From Auanema rhodensis (Eukaryota > Animalia > Nematoda), in NCBI GenBank assembly GCA_964057225.1, contig OZ059897.1:19158001-19222000 (forward strand): DNA of 64,000 nt, given 5' to 3'. Below are positions 54,085 to 64,000 of the stretch, piece after piece. The notes under the pieces are model-generated. The model did not search any database. It was not told the DNA's origin and was given only the letters and a program-made list of their open reading frames with translations. Both the position numbers and the translations under genes were made by a program. The stretch's first letter is position 1. Every line of letters begins with the position of its first letter.

Positions 54085-57000
54085 ACACAGATCGACGCAG
54101 CTTAAAAATCCGCATCGAATGCACTATACTACATTGAGAAACGCTTAATACAAAAATTAGTTATGATCGTTTGAAAAATGATGCATTAGTGTATGTTGAG
54201 TTTTCATGTACACTCAACATTGCTTCCAAAAACATTTTGACAAAAATTTTTTCGAAAAATTTCAAAATAATTTAGCAAAAAGTAGAAGTTTTTAGATTCC
54301 TTTTTCCAAGGCAAAGACGATGGACAATGTTATTCAACGAAAAAATTAATTCTTCAGGGTGAAAATCGAGGATATAAGTGTGAACTTATATCAGTTGATA
54401 TCTCGGTGCATTTTTAAGCTAGCGCAAATCTGATAACACAGATCGACGCAGCTTGAAAATCCGCATCGAATGCACTATACTACATTGAGAAACGCTTAAT
54501 ACAAAAATTAGTTATGATCGTTTGAAAAATGATGCATTAGTGTATGTTGAGTTTCCATGTACACTCAACATTGCTTCCAAAAACATTTTGACAAAAATTT
54601 TTTCGAAAAATTTCAGAATAATTTAGCAAAAAGTAGATGTTTTTAGATTTCATTTTTCAAGGCAAAGACGATGGACAATGTTATTCAACGAAAAAATTAA
54701 TTCTTCAGGGTGAAAATCGAGGATATAAGTGTGAACTTATAAAAGTTGATATCTCGGTGCATTTTTAAGCTAGCGCAAATCTGATAACACAGATCGACGC
54801 AGCTTAAAAATCCGCATCGAATGCACTATACTACATTGAGAAACGCTTAATACAAAAATTAGTTATGATCGTTTGAAAAATGATGCATTAGTGTATGTTG
54901 AGTTTCCATGTACACTCAACATTGCTTCCAAAAACATTTTGACAAAAATTTTTTCGAAAAATTTCAAAATAATTTAGCAAAAAGTAGATGTTTTTAGATT
55001 CCTTTTTTCAAGGCAAAGACGATGGACAATGTTATTCAACGAAAAAATCAATTCTTCAGGGTGAAAATCGAGGATATAAGTGTGAACTTATATCAGTTGA
55101 TATCTCGGTGCATTTTTAAGCTAGCGCAAATCTGATAACACAGATCGACGCAGCTTAAAAATCCGGATCGAATGCACTATACTACATTAAGAAACGCTTG
55201 ATACAAAAATTAGTTATGATCGTTTGAAAAATGATGCATTAGTGTATGTTGAGTTTCCATGTACACTCAACATTGCTTCCAAAAACATTTTGACAAAAAT
55301 TTTTTCGAAAAATTTCAAAATAATTTAGCAAAAAGTAGAAGTTTTTAGATTCCTTTTTTCAAGGCAAAGACGATGGACAATGTTATTCAACGAAAAAATT
55401 AATTCTTCAGGGTGAAAATCGAGGATATAAGTGTGAACTTATATCAGTTGATATCTCGGTGCATTTTTAAGCTAGCGCAAATCTGATAACACAGATCGAC
55501 GCAGCTTAAAAATCCGCATCGAATGCACTATACTACATTGAGAAACGCTTAATACAAAAATTAGTTATGATCGTTTGAAAAATGATGCATTAGTGTATGT
55601 TGAGTTTTCATGTACACTCAACATTGCTTCCAAAAACATTTTGACAAAAATTTTTTCGAAAAATTTCAAAATAATTTAGCAAAAAGTAGAAGTTTTTAGA
55701 TTCCTTTTTCCAAGGCAAAGACGATGGACAATGTTATTCAACGAAAAAATTAATTCTTCAGGGTGAAAATCGAGGATATAAGTGTGAACTTATATCAGTT
55801 GATATCTCGGTGCATTTTTAAGCTAGCGCAAATCTGATAACACAGATCGACGCAGCTTGAAAATCCGCATCGAATGCACTATACTACATTGAGAAACGCT
55901 TAATACAAAAATTAGTTATGATCGTTTGAAAAATGATGCATTAGTGTATGTTGAGTTTCCATGTACACTCAACATTGCTTCCAAAAACATTTTGACAAAA
56001 ATTTTTTCGAAAAATTTCAAAATAATTTAGCAAAAAGTAGATGTTTTTAGATTCCATTTTTCAAGGCAAAGACGATGGACAATGTTATTCAACGAAAAAA
56101 TTAATTCTTCAGGGTGAAAATCGAGGATATAAGTGTAAACTTATATCAGTTGATATCTCGGTGCATTTTTAAGCTAGCGCAAATCTGATAACACAGATCG
56201 ACGCAGCTTAAAAATCCGCATCGAATGCACTATACTACATTGAGAAACGCTTAATACAAAAATTAGTTATGATCGTTTGAAAAATGATGCATTAGTGTAT
56301 GTTGAGTTTCCATGTACACTCAACATTGCTTCCAAAAACATTTTGACAAAAATTTTTTCGAAAAATTTCAAAATAATTTAGCAAAAAGTAGATGTTTTTA
56401 GATTCCATTTTTCAAGGCAAAGACGATGGACAATGTTATTCAACGAAAAAATTAATTCTTCAGGGTGAAAATCGAGGATATAAGTGTGAACTTATATCAG
56501 TTGATATCTCGGTGCATTTTTAAGCTAGCGCAAATCTGATAACACAGATCGACGCAGCTTAAAAATCCGGATCGAATGCACTATACTACATTAAGAAACG
56601 CTTGATACAAAAATTAGTTATGATCGTTTGAAAAATGATGCATTAGTGTATGTTGAGTTTCCATGTACACTCAACATTGCTTCCAAAAACATTTTGACAA
56701 AAATTTTTTCGAAAAATTTCAAAATAATTTAGCAAAAAGTAGATGTTTTTAGATTCCTTTTTTCAAGGCAAAGACGATGGACAATGTTATTCAACGAAAA
56801 AATTAATTCTTCAGGGTGAAAATCGAGGATATAAGTGTGAACTTATATCAGTTGATATCTCGGTGCATTTTTAAGCTAGCGCAAATCTGATAACACAGAT
56901 CGACGCAGCTTAAAAATCCGCATCGAATGCACTATACTACATTGAGAAACGCTTAATACAAAAATTAGTTATGATCGTTTGAAAAATGATGCATTAGTGT

Positions 57001-60000
57001 ATGTTGAGTTTCCATGTACACTCAACATTGCTTCCAAAAACATTTTGACAAAAATTTTTTCGAAAAATTTCAAAATAATTTAGCAAAAAGTAGATGTTTT
57101 TAGATTTCATTTTTCAAGGCAAAGACGATGGACAATGTTATTCAACGAAAAAATTAATTCTTCAGGGTGAAAATCGAGGATATAAGTGTGAACTTATAAA
57201 AGTTGATATCTCGGTGCATTTTTAAGCTAGCGCAAATCTGATAACACAGATCGACGCAGCTTAAAAATCCGCATCGAATGCACTATACTACATTAAAAAA
57301 CGCTTGATACAAAAATTAGTTATGATCGTTTGAAAAATGATGCATTAGTGTATGTTGAGTTTCCATGTACACTCAACATTGCTTCCAAAAACATTTTGAC
57401 AAAAATTTTTTCGAAAAATTTCAAAATAATTTAGCAAAAAGTAGATGTTTTTAGATTCCTTTTTTCAAGGCAAAGACGATGGACAATGTTATTCAACGAA
57501 AAAAATTAATTCTTCAGGGTGAAAATCGGGTATATATGTGTGTACTTATATCAGTTGATATCTCGGTGCATTTTTAAGCTAGCGCAAATCTGATAACACA
57601 GATCGACGCAGCTTAAAAATCCGCATCGAATGCACTATACTACATTGAGAAACACTTGATACAAAAATTAGTTATGATCGTTTGAAAAATGATGCATTAG
57701 TGTATGTTGAGTTTCCATGTACACTCAACATTGCTTCCAAAAACATTTTGACAAAAATTTTTTCGAAAAATTTCAAAATAATTCAGCAAAAAGTAGATGT
57801 TTTTAGATTCCATTTTTCAAGGCAAAGACGATGGACAATGTTATTCAACGAAAAAATTAATTCTTCAGGGTGAAAATCGAGGATATAAGTGTGAACTTAT
57901 AAAAGTTGATATCTCGGTGCATTTTTAAGCTAGCGCAAATCTGATAACACAGATCGACGCAGCTTAAAAATCCGCATCGAATGCACTATACTACATTGAG
58001 AAACGCTTGATACAAAAATTAGTTATAATCGTTTGAAAAATGATGCATTAGTGTATGTTGAGTTTCCATGTACACTCAACATTGCTTCCAAAAACATTTT
58101 GACAAAAATTTTTTCGAAAAATTTCAAAATAATTTAGCAAAAAGTAGATGTTTTTAGATTTCATTTTTCAAGGCAAAGACGATGGACAATGTTATTCAAC
58201 GAAAAAATTAATTCTTCAGGGTGAAAATCGAGGATATAAGTGTGAACTTATAAAAGTTGATATCTCGGTGCATTTTTAAGCTAGCGCAAATCTGATAACA
58301 CAGATCGACGCAGCTTAAAAATCCGCATCGAATGCACTATACTACATTGAGAAACGCTTAATACAAAAATTAGTTATGATCGTTTGAAAAATGATGCATT
58401 AGTGTATGTTGAGTTTCCATGTACACTCAACATTGCTTCCAAAAACATTTTGACAAAAATTTTTTCGAAAAATTTCAAAATAATTTAGCAAAAAGTAGAT
58501 GTTTTTAGATTCCTTTTTTCAAGGCAAAGACGATGGACAATGTTATTCAACGAAAAAAATTAATTCTTCAGGGTGAAAATCGGGTATATATGTGTGTACT
58601 TATATCAGTTGATATCTCGGTGCATTTTTAAGCTAGCGCAAATCTGATAACACAGATCGACGCAGCTTAAAAATCCGCATCGAATGCACTATACTACATT
58701 GAGAAACACTTGATACAAAAATTAGTTATGATCGTTTGAAAAATGATGCATTAGTGTATGTTGAGTTTCCATTTACACTCAACATTGCTTCCAAAAACAT
58801 TTTGACAAAAATTTTTTCGAAAAATTTCAAAATAATTCAGCAAAAAGTAGATGTTTTTAGATTCCATTTTTCAAGGCAAAGACGATGGACAATGTTATTC
58901 AACGAAAAAATTAATTCTTCAGGGTGAAAATCGAGGATATAAGTGTGAACTTATAAAAGTTGATATCTCGGTGCATTTTTAAGCTAGCGCAAATCTGATA
59001 ACACAGATCGACGCAGCTTAAAAATCCGCATCAAATGCACTATACTACATTAAGAAACGCTTGATACAAAAATTAGTTCTGATGGTTTGAAAAATGATGC
59101 ATTAGTGTATGTTGAGTTTCCATGTACACTCAACATTGCTTCCAAAAACATTTTGACAAAAATTTTTTCGAAAAATTTCAGAATAATTTAGCAAAAAGTA
59201 GATGTTTTTAGATTCCATTTTTCAAGGCAAAGACGATGGACAATGTTATTCAACGAAAAAATTAATTCTTCAGGGTGAAAATCGAGGATATAAGTGTGAA
59301 CTTATATCAGTTGATATCTCGGTGCATTTTTAAGCTAGCGCAAATCTGATAACACAGATCGACGCAGCTTAAAAATCCGGATCGAATGCACTATACTACA
59401 TTGAAGAACGCTTAATACAAAAATTAGTTATGATCGTTTGAAAAATGATGCATTAGTGTATGTTGAGTTTCCATGTACACTCAACATTGCTTCCAAAAAC
59501 ATTTTGACAAAAATTTTTTCGAAAAATTTCAAAATAATTTAGCAAAAAGTAGATGTTTTTAGATTCCATTTTTCAAGGCAAAGACGATGGACAATGTTAT
59601 TCAACGAAAAAATTAATTCTTCAGGGTGAAAATCGAGGATATAAGTGTGAACTTATATCAGTTGATATCTCGGTGCATTTTTAAGCTAGCGCAAATCTGA
59701 TAACACAGATCGACGCAGCTTAAAAATCCGGATCGAATGCACTATACTACATTAAGAAACGCTTGATACAAAAATTAGTTATGATCGTTTGAAAAATGAT
59801 GCATTAGTGTATGTTGAGTTTCCATGTACACTCAACATTGCTTCCAAAAACATTTTGACAAAAATTTTTTCGAAAAATTTCAAAATAATTTAGCAAAAAG
59901 TAGAAGTTTTTAGATTCCTTTTTTCAAGGCAAAGACGATGGACAATGTTATTCAACGAAAAAATTAATTCTTCAGGGTGAAAATCGAGGATATAAGTGTG

Positions 60001-60404
60001 AACTTATATCAGTTGATATCTCGGTGCATTTTTAAGCTAGCGCAAATCTGATAACACAGATCGACGCAGCTTAAAAATCCGGATCGAATGCACTATACTA
60101 CATTAAGAAACGCTTGATACAAAAATTAGTTATGATCGTTTGAAAAATGATGCATTAGTGTATGTTGAGTTTCCATGTACACTCAACATTGCTTCCAAAA
60201 ACATTTTGACAAAAATTTTTTCGAAAAATTTCAAAATAATTTAGCAAAAAGTAGATGTTTTTAGATTCCATTTTTCAAGGCAAAGACGATGGACAATGTT
60301 ATTCAACGAAAAAATTAATTCTTCAGGGTGAAAATCGAGGATATAAGTGTGAACTTATATCAGTTGATATCTCGGTGCATTTTTAAGCTAGCGCAAATCT
60401 GATA

Positions 60405-62511
60405 ACACAGATCGACGCAGCTTAAAAATCCGGATCGAATGCACTATACTACATTAAGAAACGCTTGATACAAAAATTAGTTATGATCGTTTGAAAAATG
60501 ATGCATTAGTGTATGTTGAGTTTCCATGTACACTCAACATTGCTTCCAAAAACATTTTGACAAAAATTTTTTCGAAAAATTTCAAAATAATTTAGCAAAA
60601 AGTAGATGTTTTTAGATTCCTTTTTTCAAGGCAAAGACGATGGACAATGTTATTCAACGAAAAAATTAATTCTTCAGGGTGAAAATCGAGGATATAAGTG
60701 TGAACTTATATCAGTTGATATCTCGGTGCATTTTTAAGCTAGCGCAAATCTGATAACACAGATCGACGCAGCTTAAAAATCCGCATCGAATGCACTATAC
60801 TACATTGAGAAACGCTTAATACAAAAATTAGTTATGATCGTTTGAAAAATGATGCATTAGTGTATGTTGAGTTTCCATGTACACTCAACATTGCTTCCAA
60901 AAACATTTTGACAAAAATTTTTTCGAAAAATTTCAAAATAATTTAGCAAAAAGTAGATGTTTTTAGATTTCATTTTTCAAGGCAAAGACGATGGACAATG
61001 TTATTCAACGAAAAAATTAATTCTTCAGGGTGAAAATCGAGGATATAAGTGTGAACTTATAAAAGTTGATATCTCGGTGCATTTTTAAGCTAGCGCAAAT
61101 CTGATAACACAGATCGACGCAGCTTAAAAATCCGCATCGAATGCACTATACTACATTAAGAAACGCTTGATACAAAAATTAGTTATGATCGTTTGAAAAA
61201 TGATGCATTAGTGTATATTGAGTTTCCATGTACACTCAACATTGCTTCCAAAAACATTTTGACAAAAATTTTTTCGAAAAATTTCAAAATAATTTAGCAA
61301 AAAGTAGATGTTTTTAGATTCCATTTTTCAAGGCAAAGACGATGGACAATGTTATTCAACGAAAAAATTAATTCTTCAGGGTGAAAATCGAGGATATAAG
61401 TGTGAACTTATATCAGTTGATATCTCGGTGCATTTTTAAGCTAGCGCAAATCTGATAACACAGATCGACGCAGCTTAAAAATCCGGATCGAATGCACTAT
61501 ACTACATTAAGAAACGCTTGATACAAAAATTAGTTATGATCGTTTGAAAAATGATGCATTAGTGTATGTTGAGTTTCCATGTACACTCAACATTGCTTCC
61601 AAAAACATTTTGACAAAAATTTTTTCGAAAAATTTCAAAATAATTTAGCAAAAAGTAGATGTTTTTAGATTCCTTTTTTCAAGGCAAAGACGATGGACAA
61701 TGTTATTCAACGAAAAAATTAATTCTTCAGGGTGAAAATCGAGGATATAAGTGTGAACTTATATCAGTTGATATCTCGGTGCATTTTTAAGCTAGCGCAA
61801 ATCTGATAACACAGATCGACGCAGCTTAAAAATCCGCATCGAATGCACTATACTACATTGAGAAACGCTTAATACAAAAATTAGTTATGATCGTTTGAAA
61901 AATGATGCATTAGTGTATGTTGAGTTTCCATGTACACTCAACATTGCTTCCAAAAACATTTTGACAAAAATTTTTTCGAAAAATTTCAAAATAATTTAGC
62001 AAAAAGTAGATGTTTTTAGATTTCATTTTTCAAGGCAAAGACGATGGACAATGTTATTCAACGAAAAAATTAATTCTTCAGGGTGAAAATCGAGGATATA
62101 AGTGTGAACTTATAAAAGTTGATATCTCGGTGCATTTTTAAGCTAGCGCAAATCTGATAACACAGATCGACGCAGCTTAAAAATCCGCATCGAATGCACT
62201 ATACTACATTAAGAAACGCTTGATACAAAAATTAGTTATGATCGTTTGAAAAATGATGCATTAGTGTATATTGAGTTTCCATGTACACTCAACATTGCTT
62301 CCAAAAACATTTTGACAAAAATTTTTTCGAAAAATTTCAAAATAATTTAGCAAAAAGTAGATGTTTTTAGATTCCTTTTTTCAAGGCAAAGACGATGGAC
62401 AATGTTATTCAACGAAAAAAATTAATTCTTCAGGGTGAAAATCGGGTATATATGTGTGTACTTATATCAGTTGATATCTCGGTGCATTTTTAAGCTAGCG
62501 CAAATCTGATA
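60405..62511. repeat. Local higher-order repeat: two copies of a 3-monomer unit (1053 bp)
   Basis: The private variant gtatattg is seen only at 61217 and 62270 (1053 bp apart), with matching neighbouring monomers. Confidence 0.85.
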
Positions 62512-64000
62512 ACACAGATCGACGCAGCTTAAAAATCCGCATCGAATGCACTATACTACATTGAGAAACACTTGATACAAAAATTAGTTATGATCGTTTG
62601 AAAAATGATGCATTAGTGTATGTTGAGTTTCCATGTACACTCAACATTGCTTCCAAAAACATTTTGACAAAAATTTTTTCGAAAAATTTCAAAATAATTT
62701 AGCAAAAAGTAGATGTTTTTAGATTCCTTTTTTCAAGGCAAAGACGATGGACAATGTTATTCAACGAAAAAAATTAATTCTTCAGGGTGAAAATCGGGTA
62801 TATATGTGTGTACTTATATCAGTTGATATCTCGGTGCATTTTTAAGCTAGCGCAAATCTGATAACACAGATCGACGCAGCTTAAAAATCCGCATCGAATG
62901 CACTATACTACATTGAGAAACACTTGATACAAAAATTAGTTATGATCGTTTGAAAAATGATGCATTAGTGTATGTTGAGTTTCCATGTACACTCAACATT
63001 GCTTCCAAAAACATTTTGACAAAAATTTTTTCGAAAAATTTCAAAATAATTTAGCAAAAAGTAGATGTTTTTAGATTCCTTTTTTCAAGGCAAAGACGAT
63101 GGACAATGTTATTCAACGAAAAAATTAATTCTTCAGGGTGAAAATCGAGGATATAAGTGTGAACTTATAAAAGTTGATATCTCGGTGCATTTTTAAGCTA
63201 GCGCAAATCTGATAACACAGATCGACGCAGCTTAAAAATCCGCATCAAATGCACTATACTACATTAAGAAACGCTTGATACAAAAATTAGTTCTGATGGT
63301 TTGAAAAATGATGCATTAGTGTATGTTGAGTTTCCATGTACACTCAACATTGCTTCCAAAAACATTTTGACAAAAATTTTTTCGAAAAATTTCAGAATAA
63401 TTTAGCAAAAAGTAGATGTTTTTAGATTCCATTTTTCAAGGCAAAGACGATGGACAATGTTATTCAACGAAAAAATTAATTCTTCAGGGTGAAAATCGAG
63501 GATATAAGTGTGAACTTATATCAGTTGATATCTCGGTGCATTTTTAAGCTAGCGCAAATCTGATAACACAGATCGACGCAGCTTGAAAATCCGGATCGAA
63601 TGCACTATACTACATTGAAGAACGCTTAATACAAAAATTAGTTATGATCGTTTGAAAAATGATGCATTAGTGTATGTTGAGTTTCCATGTACACTCAACA
63701 TTGCTTCCAAAAACATTTTGACAAAAATTTTTTCGAAAAATTTCAAAATAATTTAGCAAAAAGTAGATGTTTTTAGATTCCTTTTTTCAAGGCAAAGACG
63801 ATGGACAATGTTATTCAACGAAAAAATTAATTCTTCAGGGTGAAAATCGAGGATATAAGTGTGAACTTATATCAGTTGATATCTCGGTGCATTTTTAAGC
63901 TAGCGCAAATCTGATAACACAGATCGACGCAACTTAAAAATCCGGATCGAATGCACTATACTACATTAAGAAACGCTTGATACAAAAATTAGTTATGATC

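Larger units (their letters stand above)
1..64000. repeat. Tandem satellite DNA array, 351/352-bp monomer, 182 full copies plus a partial copy; probably extends beyond both window ends
   Basis: The motif acacagatcgacgcagc (rarely with a single substitution) recurs at 1, 353, 705, 1056, 1408, 1759 ... 63566, 63917. 182x351+34=63916, which matches the 34 monomers carrying a +1 insertion. Same orientation throughout, no unique sequence. Confidence 0.99.

Noticed and set aside
1494-58927. 18 copies of a 63-aa + strand ORF (MKNDALVYVEFP...)
   Set aside because: It starts at TTG and is long only in monomers with the TAG>CAG variant. Most monomers have the stop codon and some CAG copies are frameshifted. 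The K/F/I/N-rich composition reflects A/T tracts, and there is no recognisable domain. It serves only as a variant marker.
1-64000. CRISPR array or other repeat-spacer system
   Set aside because: There are no unique spacers and no cas or other genes. The whole 351-bp unit repeats, with variation limited to scattered shared SNPs.
1-64000. Array is a sequencing concatemer or assembly artefact
   Set aside because: Variants are shared, linked and positionally ordered rather than random errors, which fits a real evolving array. Local copy numbers still need read support.

Overview
The whole window is one uninterrupted, head-to-tail tandem satellite array. By manual count it holds 182 complete monomers (148 of 351 bp, 34 of 352 bp) plus an 84-bp partial copy (63917-64000), all in the same orientation. 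The monomer is about 31% GC, A/T-tract rich, and copies differ by only a few bases. Consensus, phase set arbitrarily at base 1: acacagatcgacgcagcttaaaaatccgcatcgaatgcactatactacattgagaaacgcttaatacaaaaattagttatgatcgtttgaaaaatgatgcattagtgtatgttgagtttccatgtacactcaacattgcttccaaaaacattttgacaaaaattttttcgaaaaatttcaaaataatttagcaaaaagtagatgtttttagattccatttttcaaggcaaagacgatggacaatgttattcaacgaaaaaattaattcttcagggtgaaaatcgaggatataagtgtgaacttatatcagttgatatctcggtgcatttttaagctagcgcaaatctgata. It looks like eukaryotic (peri)centromeric or heterochromatic satellite DNA, but I do not recognise the family or species. I find no credible genes, RNA genes, transposon insertions or CRISPR array, and the listed ORFs are by-products of monomer SNPs. 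The real structure is at two scales. (1) The monomer is dense in inverted repeats. (2) About 20 shared variants define local higher-order repeats (3-, 4-, 5-, 6-, 7- and 9-mers), a homogeneous central domain (about 35.5-54 kb) flanked by more diverse monomers, and a variant cassette that recurs at about 3, 32 and 57 kb. I cannot support a novel gene system here. All counts were made by eye and need confirming by alignment.
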